Source: a virus. Taken from it: a stretch of 64,000 nt of DNA. Made by a program: the position numbers and the translations under genes. The notes beneath the pieces are model-generated. The model was given only the letters and a program-made list of their open reading frames with translations, was not told the origin of the DNA and searched no databases. The stretch lies in IMG/VR virus record IMGVR_UViG_3300005264_000002, positions 1-64,000 of that record; one strand, 5' to 3'. Below are positions 17,690 to 26,794 of the stretch, piece after piece (position 1 is the first letter of the stretch; every line of letters starts with the position of its first letter).

Positions 17690-19105
17690 ATGAAACCTGA
17701 ATTAAAAAAAGCTATCCTTGAAGCTAGAAAAACTCTTAAAACAGCTAAAGCTAACGCTGCTTTCGCAACTAAAAAGCCAGGGCAAACTGGAACTAAAGGT
17801 TCAATGCCAGAAGTTGCCAAGAAATTTCTTGGAAAATTTTCTTGTAAATCTTTCCAAGAATTGATGAAAGTTGATACTTCATCTAAGAAGTTTTCTTATC
17901 TAGGTGATGAAGAAATAGAGAGAGTAAAAGGTCTTAAAGAAAGCGTAGATACTTGTGTTATCGCTGCTGAACTAATTAAATTTGTTGAGAGTGACGGTAA
18001 AGATCGTTCAGTAGCAAAGAGCGATGTTAAAAACTCAAAATATTATCAAGAAGAGCTACTTCCTCAGCTTAAAGCTTTTGGTATCGATTCAGGTGATGAT
18101 GGTTATGAGTGGATTCCTGAAATGGTATCAACTTCTTATATCGATGAATTTAATTTGGATAGAAAAGTTTCTGGACTTTTCCAAGAAATCCGTATGCCAT
18201 CAAATCCTTATCGTTTTCCTGTTTTAACTCAAGGTGCAATTGCTCGTAGAGTTGGAACTGTTACAGCTTTAAGTCCTTCACAAGCTTTCAAAACTGATAA
18301 GACAATCCTTTTTGAAGCTGTGAAATTGACTAATCAATATGAGCTACCAGAAGAGTTGAATGAAGATTCTGCTCCTGATATCGTAAAAGTAATCAGACAA
18401 GAGCTTATTGAAGGTCAAGAAAAAGCAATTGAAATTGCAATCCTTGAAGGGGATACTTCTGATCCTCATCAACATTCTTTTTCTCAATTGGCTGATCTTC
18501 CTGCTGGTACAGCTCTTGGAGCACTTCCAAATCAAGATGATTCTCCAGAGCGTGTTTTCGATGGTCTAAGAGTTAGAGCTTTGGCCGCTGGTGCTACTGC
18601 AATTGTTGACGCTGGTGCAAACACTCTTTCAGAAACAGAAATGAGTGAAGCAAGAGCTAAAATGGGCAAATTTGGAGTAGATCCTTCTCAACTTGTTTGG
18701 CTTTTTGGTCCAAAAGGATACAATCAAGCTCTACAACTTGATGATGTAAGAACTCTTGAGCAGTATGGGCCAAAAGCTCCTGTTCTTACTGGAGAGCTTG
18801 CAAAATATGAAGGTGCTCCAGTAGTTGTTTCTGAGTATCTAAGAGAAGACACAGACGCAACAGGTGTTAATGGTGCAGTTCCTGCTAACAACATTAAATT
18901 ATCTGTTATCTGCGTAAATAGAAAGAGATTCTTTGTTGGATTGAGAAGAGGACTTCAAGTTAAAGTTGAGAATAACAGAACTCAATATGATGTACTTGAC
19001 ATGGTATCTTTCCAAAGAAAAGCTTTCCAAGCTGTTCTTAAGGCCGATGGATCAAATTATGCTGCAGAAAGTTCAGTATCTTTGATCTACAATATCGGAG
19101 CTTAA
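17690..19105 (+). CDS. major capsid protein (HK97 fold) with N-terminal delta-like region
   Basis: G.EWIPE, ELNEDS, AILEGD, FDGL, G.PVVVSE motifs; position; strong codon bias; followed by terminator. Confidence 0.92.
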   Translation: MKPELKKAILEARKTLKTAKANAAFATKKPGQTGTKGSMPEVAKKFLGKFSCKSFQELMKVDTSSKKFSYLGDEEIERVKGLKESVDTCVIAAELIKFVESDGKDRSVAKSDVKNSKYYQEELLPQLKAFGIDSGDDGYEWIPEMVSTSYIDEFNLDRKVSGLFQEIRMPSNPYRFPVLTQGAIARRVGTVTALSPSQAFKTDKTILFEAVKLTNQYELPEELNEDSAPDIVKVIRQELIEGQEKAIEIAILEGDTSDPHQHSFSQLADLPAGTALGALPNQDDSPERVFDGLRVRALAAGATAIVDAGANTLSETEMSEARAKMGKFGVDPSQLVWLFGPKGYNQALQLDDVRTLEQYGPKAPVLTGELAKYEGAPVVVSEYLREDTDATGVNGAVPANNIKLSVICVNRKRFFVGLRRGLQVKVENNRTQYDVLDMVSFQRKAFQAVLKADGSNYAAESSVSLIYNIGA

Positions 19106-19135
19106 TAAAAAAGCTGGGCGATTGTGTTAAACCTA

Positions 19136-19167
19136 AAAGGGGAGGGGTCAAATCCTTCCCTTTTTTT
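19136..19167 (+). terminator. Rho-independent terminator after capsid gene
   Basis: aaaaggggagg...ccttccctttttt. Confidence 0.8.
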
Positions 19168-19179
19168 GTATAGGAGAGA

Positions 19180-19416
19180 ATGATGATTAAAATAATTGGT
19201 GATTTAAATAAAGCAAAAAAAGCTCTTGGAACTAATGTAGAACTTTATAATGGTCAATTACTTAAAGGTAATGAAAAAAAGATGAAAGCTCTTTGTCAAA
19301 AATATCCTAATTTATTTTCTTGGGAAGGAGATGATTGGTCGGCCAATATGAAGAAAGCTCCATCTAAAAATAAAATGATGGATAAATCTAAAGCAAAATC
19401 TAAAAAAGTTAAATAA
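19180..19416 (+). CDS. small basic head-associated protein
   Basis: post-capsid position; ends in K-rich KKAPSKNKMM tail. Confidence 0.65.
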   Translation: MMIKIIGDLNKAKKALGTNVELYNGQLLKGNEKKMKALCQKYPNLFSWEGDDWSANMKKAPSKNKMMDKSKAKSKKVK

Positions 19417-19447
19417 AGGGGCCGGCCCTTTACCATAAGGGGTTAAT

Positions 19448-20302
19448 ATGGCCGTAAAATATGCTAAAAAATTGCAGATGTTTAACTCTCATGTTCTCCA
19501 AACCAGGGAGAATTTTGGGGGTCAAGCTTTTTCTGATTTTGAATTAGTTACCGGATCTCGTTTAGTCTGGGCCTTATCAATTAAAACTATTGATCCTGGA
19601 GCTTCAATAGTTGTTAACATTAAGAATGGATTTACTAGAGATTTTCCTTTTGAAACTATTTTAAATATTACAGGAAATGCTGCTGGATTCTATAAAAAAG
19701 TTTTAACAGATACACATAATTTATTTGATGTAGATGTAACAGTTGTTGGAGGAAATGCTACCTATGCTTTAGGCGTTTCTATTTCAGACAATGCTCTAAC
19801 TACCAGGATTGAAAACGCTGAAATTGCTGTTGATTTGAATCATATCCTTCAATCAAATGGAGAGTATGATTCTGTTAGAATTGGAGATGGGGTTGAAGAA
19901 TTAGAAATTAATCCTGATGGATCTATTAATGTAAATATTGTTAATACTTCCGTTGTTCCAGAGATAGTAAGGCCAGTTTTCAATAAAATTACTAGCGTAG
20001 TAGATTCAATAAGAAGTTCCATTGTTTCTCATACTGCAAGTTTAACTAAACAGACTTATCTTCAATTTATATCTGTTAGCGGAAATAATATTGCTGATTA
20101 TGAGCTGGAAATTAATAGCAGTGTAATTGATGAGAGGAATACTTATTTTGGTGGCCCATTATCTGAGCAATTTGAATTTAACGCTTATTCTGAAAATGGG
20201 ATGCTAATTACTCCAGGTCAGAAAATAGAAGTATTTTCTACTCATTATCGATCAGATTTAGGTGATTTTAGCTCTAGGATACAAATATTGGAAGTTGGAT
20301 AA
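19448..20302 (+). CDS. putative virion structural protein
   Basis: beta-rich, DSVRIGDG...INPDGSINV motif; late operon. Confidence 0.65.
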   Translation: MAVKYAKKLQMFNSHVLQTRENFGGQAFSDFELVTGSRLVWALSIKTIDPGASIVVNIKNGFTRDFPFETILNITGNAAGFYKKVLTDTHNLFDVDVTVVGGNATYALGVSISDNALTTRIENAEIAVDLNHILQSNGEYDSVRIGDGVEELEINPDGSINVNIVNTSVVPEIVRPVFNKITSVVDSIRSSIVSHTASLTKQTYLQFISVSGNNIADYELEINSSVIDERNTYFGGPLSEQFEFNAYSENGMLITPGQKIEVFSTHYRSDLGDFSSRIQILEVG

Positions 20303-20330
20303 AATTGTATATATAGAACAGGAGGGGATT

Positions 20331-20507
20331 ATGAGTTTAGAGAAAAAGAAAAAAGAAGCTGAGATAATGCGTATGAGATCCAATATCTTAGATGCAGAAG
20401 TTCAGATTGAAGAGAGAAAAGAAGAAATCCAAAGAATTGGAAATAAAATAGAAACTTTTAACAATAGAATAGAAGTTCTTGAAAAAGAACTTATAAAGGG
20501 GAAGTAA
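20331..20507 (+). CDS. coiled-coil protein
   Basis: ATG at 20331 with GGAGG RBS and TGTATATAT at 20306. Confidence 0.65.
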   Translation: MSLEKKKKEAEIMRMRSNILDAEVQIEERKEEIQRIGNKIETFNNRIEVLEKELIKGK

Positions 20508-20508
20508 A

Positions 20509-21318
20509 ATGAGTGATAATAAAAGAGGCCTACCTGTTAGAACCCAAGAAGATCCTGACTTAAAAGTCCAGGTGAAACTTGTTGATTATGATACTCCATC
20601 TCAAGGGATGGAAGTCGATACTGATAAAAATGCACATGTTGAAGTTCATGGAAATCAGCCAACAACAAATAATGATATAGCTCTTCAATTATCTGAAGAG
20701 GGAAGAGTAAATGGTAATGGTGACTATGATGTGTCCACCAACACAAAGCCTGCCTCTTGTGCTCCAATTATGCATGATAGGAAGGATACCGCTGAGACTC
20801 CTTCAGAGACAGATCAAAATTTGCGTCCTACTGGTGTAACTTATGATAATGGTGTTGATGAAACTATTGTCGCTCAAGATGTTGCCATTAGAGATGAAGA
20901 TGGTGTCCCATATTCTAAAGATAATCCAATGCCTGTTGCCCTTGAAGAGTCTGAAGGTGAAGAGATCCATGATTATTTCGAGCATGTAGATGTTGTTAAA
21001 AATGGTGCAACATCTACTCATACATTTTCAGTAGTAAATGGTAAAACATTATCATTAGATCAAGTTCTTTGTGACGGTTCATTAGCTCATTCAATGAAGT
21101 TAGAAATTGGCGATGGTGGAGCTACTGAAACATTTGTCTCAAAAGCAAATAGATTCGCTTCAGAAGCCAATGATAATGCTGATGTTGAATTTAAAAGATC
21201 ATTAAAAGTTATTGGAACTGTAAATAATACAACAGTAAAAGTGACAGTAACAAATAGAGATAAACATGATGATGTCTCTATTTACACGACTATTGTTGGA
21301 TTGCTACATAATACTTAA
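20509..21318 (+). CDS. putative virion structural protein
   Basis: beta-rich C-terminal domain, NPMPV motif; late operon. Confidence 0.65.
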   Translation: MSDNKRGLPVRTQEDPDLKVQVKLVDYDTPSQGMEVDTDKNAHVEVHGNQPTTNNDIALQLSEEGRVNGNGDYDVSTNTKPASCAPIMHDRKDTAETPSETDQNLRPTGVTYDNGVDETIVAQDVAIRDEDGVPYSKDNPMPVALEESEGEEIHDYFEHVDVVKNGATSTHTFSVVNGKTLSLDQVLCDGSLAHSMKLEIGDGGATETFVSKANRFASEANDNADVEFKRSLKVIGTVNNTTVKVTVTNRDKHDDVSIYTTIVGLLHNT

Positions 21319-21329
21319 GAGGCCTTAAA

Positions 21330-21704
21330 ATGGGTGATGCAACTAGAGAAAAGGCCAGTACCACTAATAGGATTATTGGCCCCAATGAAGATAATGAAGC
21401 TCTTGTTAGTGATAATCAGGAGCTTCATATTCGTGACACTCATGACAATGGTGGTTTAGATGCTATTATTGATCTAACAACTACTCCAATTGAAGGGAAA
21501 GTTGGAGCTACTACAAAAACAGAAAGAAAGTATGTAATAATGGAGGCCCTAGACACAAATGTCGTTTGGGGCTTTTCTAATACTACGCAATCTTTCGATT
21601 TATTTAAAAATCAATTGATTATGGTTCCAGTAGGACCAAATACAGAAGTTTGGTTTAAAATGAAATCTAGTACAGGTCAAGTTGCTTTTGGGGAGTTAAG
21701 TTAA
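21330..21704 (+). CDS. putative virion structural protein
   Basis: beta-sandwich-like composition; late operon. Confidence 0.6.
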   Translation: MGDATREKASTTNRIIGPNEDNEALVSDNQELHIRDTHDNGGLDAIIDLTTTPIEGKVGATTKTERKYVIMEALDTNVVWGFSNTTQSFDLFKNQLIMVPVGPNTEVWFKMKSSTGQVAFGELS

Positions 21705-22210
21705 TGGCCGGTCCTTTTACAACTCCTGTTGCATTTTCTACTCCATTCCTTTCTGAGCCTGAAAGAAGCAATGGTTTTGTATCTAAAAATGTTCAAGAAG
21801 CAATTGAAGAATGTTTAGCTTTGGCCTTAGCTAATGATAGATTCTTGGTATTGGCAAAATATAATGGTAAGGCAAATATAGGAAGACACCTTGAATTTTA
21901 TAGTAGGATCAGTAGCGATGATGCACCATTATATATGAATGGTGGTGCTAATATTTTGGCCATAATAGGAGCAACTACCGCAGCTAATGCAACATGTAAA
22001 ATTGGTTTTTTTGATAAAAATGTGAGTGAAACTGTACCACTTTATGAGATTGAATTTAGTAATGAAAAGAAGGTTGAATACTTAGGTTCTGTCTTAGTGC
22101 CGTTATTCACAATTGATGCATCTGGAGAATTAGTCGTAAGAGTGACTTCAGGCTCAATAAATAAACCACACTTACAAGTGACATTTAGTTCAAATGTTAG
22201 TTCTCCATAA
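21704..22210 (+). CDS. putative virion structural protein
   Basis: NVQEAIEE motif typical of fibre/decoration proteins. Confidence 0.6.
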   Translation: MAGPFTTPVAFSTPFLSEPERSNGFVSKNVQEAIEECLALALANDRFLVLAKYNGKANIGRHLEFYSRISSDDAPLYMNGGANILAIIGATTAANATCKIGFFDKNVSETVPLYEIEFSNEKKVEYLGSVLVPLFTIDASGELVVRVTSGSINKPHLQVTFSSNVSSP

Positions 22211-22224
22211 TAAAGGATTTTTAA

Positions 22225-22911
22225 ATGAGTAAAATAATTCATAATCTATTAGAAGAATCAAAAACCTATGGAGGAATGATTATTCCAGCTAGTGAAAGTT
22301 ATCTAATATCTGAAGAAGAGCTTAGAGGTTTTCAAAATGATATTAATCTTCATAATGCTATTAATGCAGAAATAGCTGAAGTAGTTTTAGAGGACTCAAA
22401 TGCTCCAGGTATTTTTCTTTCTGGAGTAAATGGTATCCGATTTTTGTTATCAAATATGGTTATAATTACAGAGACTCCAGCAGCCTATCCTTTTAAGAAA
22501 AAATGTTTAGAGTCTGGAAATAAACTTTTTAGAAGAAAACATGGAATTAAAGAAACTATTCCAGCAAATAGCTCAGAAACCCTTTCCATTATTGTTCCTT
22601 ATAATAATTGTAAGATTGATGAATTAGAAATCGTTAATGGGAAAATTGGGGATACTGTTGATTTAAAAGTTTATGATACTCCTGAAGGACTTATCCAAAT
22701 GAGCATGGGAGTCCCTCCAGAACAGATTATTCCTTCAAAAATGCTTAATCAATTTGGATTTGGAGCAAATATCTGCGAAGGTTACTATAAAGATAAGTCT
22801 GACTATGATGCGGATTTAATTAAAGACTTAAAAGTTGAAGTAACTTATTATAATAATGGTGATTCAGATTTAGTAATTGGAGCTAACTTTATACTCCATC
22901 AAATAGTATAG
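22225..22911 (+). CDS. hypothetical late protein
   Basis: 228 aa in structural operon. Confidence 0.65.
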   Translation: MSKIIHNLLEESKTYGGMIIPASESYLISEEELRGFQNDINLHNAINAEIAEVVLEDSNAPGIFLSGVNGIRFLLSNMVIITETPAAYPFKKKCLESGNKLFRRKHGIKETIPANSSETLSIIVPYNNCKIDELEIVNGKIGDTVDLKVYDTPEGLIQMSMGVPPEQIIPSKMLNQFGFGANICEGYYKDKSDYDADLIKDLKVEVTYYNNGDSDLVIGANFILHQIV

Positions 22912-22912
22912 G

Positions 22913-23626
22913 TTGATAATGAAAGTATTAAATTTTATCATAAATATTTTAAGTAAAACTATTGGAGAATGGCATTTTCCTTGGGTTGATAAAAAATTTA
23001 ACCTTAAAGATTATTTTCTGATTGAGGGCCAAATTAGAAAATTATCTTCTCCTTTTGTTGTAGGAGTAGTTAAGACTAATGGTCATGGATCAAATTTGTT
23101 AATTAGATTCGCTCAATTATTTTCTAAAGATGCAAGAAAAAGAAAAGGTGAAATTACTCATGCATTAGCTCATATTGGAATCTATGATGGGTATAAGCAT
23201 AGAGTTGTTGAATCTTTAGGTGATGGGATAAGAGAACATTCTCTATTGGAATCTATTGGTCAAAGAGATACTGTAATTTTAAGGCGGCCAAATCCAAAAT
23301 TTTTAAATCCAACATTATGCAATCATGCCATTGATTATATTAAAGAGGTGGCCAAAAGAGATGCTTTCAATAATATCGAGTATGATAATGATCATGACTA
23401 TAAAACTATCCCAATAGAAGATATTATGGATTACACTAATACTAAGAATCTAAAATTAGATTGTAGCGAGACAGTAATGCAAGCTCTTGAGCATGGTTTT
23501 AGAATGACTGGCCAAGTTAGTATAATCAAAATGGTTAAGAGAGGAGGAAAGCTTACCTGGATACCAGCAGATATACTTTTTTCTGATCTTTTTATTACTA
23601 TGTATGATTCAAGAAAGGAAAAGTAA
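22913..23626 (+). CDS. permuted papain-like (NlpC/P60, YiiX/YaeF-type) amidase
   Basis: His before Cys: THALAHIG...VVES...YD...DCSE.V...IPADI. Confidence 0.7.
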   Translation: MIMKVLNFIINILSKTIGEWHFPWVDKKFNLKDYFLIEGQIRKLSSPFVVGVVKTNGHGSNLLIRFAQLFSKDARKRKGEITHALAHIGIYDGYKHRVVESLGDGIREHSLLESIGQRDTVILRRPNPKFLNPTLCNHAIDYIKEVAKRDAFNNIEYDNDHDYKTIPIEDIMDYTNTKNLKLDCSETVMQALEHGFRMTGQVSIIKMVKRGGKLTWIPADILFSDLFITMYDSRKEK

Positions 23627-24780
23627 TGGCAGAATATCAAACACTCCTTAAACCTAATGCTTGGATAGATCCTCTTTCGTTAGCGGATCATTTAGATATT
23701 AAGCATATAAAAATTGACGTAATAGCAAATAAAGCTGAGGTTAATATCCAGGATATTTTATGGCAAGCAATTCTTGGGGGAATTGAGGGAAATGATTATT
23801 CTGTTGAATATACAATTGGAGCTGTTGCAGGATCGGAGGTTGTTTCAACCGTTGCTAATAAGATAGTTATTCAAATTGAAGATGGAGTTTCTTTAAATAG
23901 TCAGATAAAAATAGCATTTGATGCTTTTGTTGTCGCTAATCCTTTAAGTATCGCTTCAAATATTTCTGCTAGTATCGTATCAGACCTCTCTCCTAATGGG
24001 GTTGTTGCTACGCCTTTAATTGGAGGAACTAATCCGGATTCAGAACATGCATCAACTCTTAGAAAATTAGAAAGATTTATTAATAGAGCTTGTTCCAGAA
24101 TTGAGCAATATATTGATACATCAGCAATGGCCAAATGTTTCCAGGAAGATCTAGACGCAAATAATTCTAATGTTATTGTCCCTACTCATTGGCCAGTTAA
24201 AAGAATTCATGAAATTAAAATAGATTTTAATCGTCAATTTTCATCTTTTACAAAGCTTCTTCCAGAAAATTATTTCTTAAGAGGAACTCCCGATAGAAAT
24301 AGAAATGACCAGGAAGGAGAAATTTCTGAAGTAGATATGTGTACTCAAATCCTTAATGGAAGTGTTGATATAAATTTAATCGGGAATGATATTGTTCTTA
24401 GAGATGATAATGAAAGATTTATTGTTGGAAGGATATTTGCAGGATCTTCTTTAGGTTCGATTAGAGTAACTTATGACGCTGGTTGGATTGTTGGAAAAGA
24501 ATCATCTATTGATGAGGATACTGGAACAACTGTTTTTAATTTTTCTTTTATCCCTGATGATTTGGAATATGCAGCAACTCTTCTTTGTGAATGGTGGTAT
24601 TTCCAAAGAGATAGGAAAGATCTTGGGATTACTTCCAAAGGTGTTAGGGGAGAAAATTATTCCAAAATCGAAACTGGAATGCCAAGTGAAATCCAAGATA
24701 TCTTAGAAGCTTATAGAGATTTTTCTTTTGGTCAACACAATACACCTCAAAGAAATATAATGCTGGATATTGATTCATGA
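23626..24780 (+). CDS. head-tail adaptor (gp6/gp15-like) with inserted module
   Basis: L..FI.RA...IE.YI, RVTYDAGW, IPDDL..A..L motifs; insertion at ~23731-24027. Confidence 0.75.
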   Translation: MAEYQTLLKPNAWIDPLSLADHLDIKHIKIDVIANKAEVNIQDILWQAILGGIEGNDYSVEYTIGAVAGSEVVSTVANKIVIQIEDGVSLNSQIKIAFDAFVVANPLSIASNISASIVSDLSPNGVVATPLIGGTNPDSEHASTLRKLERFINRACSRIEQYIDTSAMAKCFQEDLDANNSNVIVPTHWPVKRIHEIKIDFNRQFSSFTKLLPENYFLRGTPDRNRNDQEGEISEVDMCTQILNGSVDINLIGNDIVLRDDNERFIVGRIFAGSSLGSIRVTYDAGWIVGKESSIDEDTGTTVFNFSFIPDDLEYAATLLCEWWYFQRDRKDLGITSKGVRGENYSKIETGMPSEIQDILEAYRDFSFGQHNTPQRNIMLDIDS

Positions 24781-25271
24781 AATTAAGCCTTTATACAAAT
24801 GCAGATTTAGTTGTCCGTCAAATGGACAAAGATGCAGCGGCCATTAATAAGGCCATGCAATTTGCTATGTTTAGGGCCGTATCTATTTTAGAAGCTGAGA
24901 TTAAACAAAATATTAGATCAAGATCTGGTTTGCGTGTTAGGACAGGAACTCTTCTAAATTCGATTCAACATCACATATTTATCGGGAATGGGAGAGTTGA
25001 AGCAGAAATAGGTCCAAGAAATGTCCCTTATGCTGCGATTCATGAATTTGGGGGAACTATTCCTTCCAGATTTGTTAGTCCAGTAAGGAAAAAGGCCTTA
25101 AGATTTTTTGATAAAAGTGGAGTCCCAAGATTTTCAAAAGGTCATACCATTCCAGCAATTACTATTAGACCTAGACCATATATCGCTCCTGCTGTTGAAG
25201 CTACTCAAGATAAAATAGCTGAGACTTTTGGAGTATTTATTGAAGAAGCTTTAAAAATGAATGTAGGATAA
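24777..25271 (+). CDS. neck/tail-completion protein (HK97 gp10 / Mu gpG-like)
   Basis: RTGTLLNSI, YAAIHEFGG, PRPYIAPA. Confidence 0.85.
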   Translation: MKLSLYTNADLVVRQMDKDAAAINKAMQFAMFRAVSILEAEIKQNIRSRSGLRVRTGTLLNSIQHHIFIGNGRVEAEIGPRNVPYAAIHEFGGTIPSRFVSPVRKKALRFFDKSGVPRFSKGHTIPAITIRPRPYIAPAVEATQDKIAETFGVFIEEALKMNVG

Positions 25272-25274
25272 AAT

Positions 25275-25784
25275 ATGACAAGCTTAACACAACCAGAAGT
25301 ACAAGAAATCGATAGTCAAATCTCAGGCATTAGATCTAAGCGTGGTCGAATAATGGAGGGGTTAAGATTAATTTTTGAACAATCAATTAAAAGATCAAAT
25401 GGATATACTGTTGATTTAGATGAGGCAACTTTTATAATTAGAGGTTGGCAAGATAGAACAAAAGAAACTACTCCTGTTATTTATATTGTTGATGATAACC
25501 AGAATCGTTCAAGAAATGCTGGATGTTTAAGGAATTATGATTGGGTGATTCAGCTATATGTTCATTATCATGGTGACAATTTAATTGAATTTGAAGAATT
25601 TATTGCTGATGTTGAAGAATGTATTGATGATAATAATACTATTGCTCAACAAATTAATAAAATGGAAGTTGAAAATATTATTTCAGATGGACAATTATTT
25701 GCTTCTGAAGATACGGCAGAACATCATTTGGCCCAAATTACTCTTGGGATAATTTACACTCGTAAAGCAAGGAATCCACGTTAA
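25275..25784 (+). CDS. tail terminator protein
   Basis: size, position, GYT motif, acidic/beta pattern. Confidence 0.65.
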   Translation: MTSLTQPEVQEIDSQISGIRSKRGRIMEGLRLIFEQSIKRSNGYTVDLDEATFIIRGWQDRTKETTPVIYIVDDNQNRSRNAGCLRNYDWVIQLYVHYHGDNLIEFEEFIADVEECIDDNNTIAQQINKMEVENIISDGQLFASEDTAEHHLAQITLGIIYTRKARNPR

Positions 25785-25790
25785 AAATCA

Positions 25791-25803
25791 TTGGTGTATA
25801 TAT
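25791..25803 (+). promoter_or_regulatory. late-type promoter motif
   Basis: TTGGTGTATATAT. Confidence 0.6.
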
Positions 25804-25846
25804 ATTCTGTAAACCTCATATCACTACAAAATGGGAAGGAACAGAT

Positions 25847-26458
25847 ATGTCACATTATAGATCAAATTCACACATACAAAATCGACTACTTAAAATTGAA
25901 GATATTTTTCCTGTAAGAGTCTCTGAAGTTCTTGCCTCATTAATTGAGCAAGATTTAACTTTTACAGCAAAAGCTGGAACTGGAGAGCAAGGTAATTTAA
26001 TAAATATCATTTATGTAGCTGGAGCCGTAGCTGGAGCTGAAGTTGTTACTGTTGTTGGGAATAATATCGAAGTTCAAATAGAAGATGGTGTTTCTGATGC
26101 AACTCAAATTAAAGCTGCTCTTGATGGAGAGCCTCTTGCACTTGCTACAATCACAACTTCAATAAGTGGAGTTGGAGCAAATCCTCAGTCTGTTTTTACT
26201 CCTGCTAAGTTTCTTGCTGGTGGAGTTACAGAAATACCTGGTAAGCAAAGATCTTTTGTTTTTCGGCACTTAGCAACTGATGTAAGAGTTGATGGAAGAG
26301 AAATGACCAGTGTTGATTTTCAAGCAAATGGTGGTTTAGATATTACTTTTGATGCTGGTGGATCATCTTTTACTGTCGTTAAAGCAGATATAACAATTAT
26401 TAATCGTTTAAGAACTAAGAGATATCTCGTAGATGCCTCTGCAGTTACAATAGTTTAA
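25847..26458 (+). CDS. virion protein carrying one copy of the shared ~100-aa module
   Basis: LIEQDLTF.AK...GN.I.I.Y..G..AG.EVVTV...IEDGVS...LAGG. Confidence 0.75.
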   Translation: MSHYRSNSHIQNRLLKIEDIFPVRVSEVLASLIEQDLTFTAKAGTGEQGNLINIIYVAGAVAGAEVVTVVGNNIEVQIEDGVSDATQIKAALDGEPLALATITTSISGVGANPQSVFTPAKFLAGGVTEIPGKQRSFVFRHLATDVRVDGREMTSVDFQANGGLDITFDAGGSSFTVVKADITIINRLRTKRYLVDASAVTIV

Positions 26459-26467
26459 GGATAAGTC

Positions 26468-26782
26468 ATGAGTAAAGGTAAATATTTCTTAAAAACTTTA
26501 GAGAAAGCAATTTATGCAAATGAAGCTTTTCTTAATGATGAGAAAATTGAGCTTGTAAGTCCATGTTGTGATGGGAATCGAGTCGCTCATGCTGATGGGG
26601 ATTTTGTTTGTGATAAAATTAAAGTAGTTCTTAAAGGCAAAAAAAGAATCGCTTATTTTTTTACAGCACCTATTCTTGATGAAGCTCCTGCTAAGGAAAA
26701 ACCTGTTAAGAAAAAAACAGCTAAAAAAGTAACCAAAAAAACAGCTAAAAAAGTAACCAAAAAAACAGCTAAAAAAGTATAA
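26468..26782 (+). CDS. protein with histone H1-like Lys-rich C-terminal repeat
   Basis: (KKTAKKVT)x3 tail. Confidence 0.7.
   Translation: MSKGKYFLKTLEKAIYANEAFLNDEKIELVSPCCDGNRVAHADGDFVCDKIKVVLKGKKRIAYFFTAPILDEAPAKEKPVKKKTAKKVTKKTAKKVTKKTAKKV
26711..26780 (+). repeat. 24-bp tandem repeat x3
   Basis: aaaaaaacagctaaaaaagtaacc. Confidence 0.95.
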
Positions 26783-26794
26783 GGAAGGATAATT

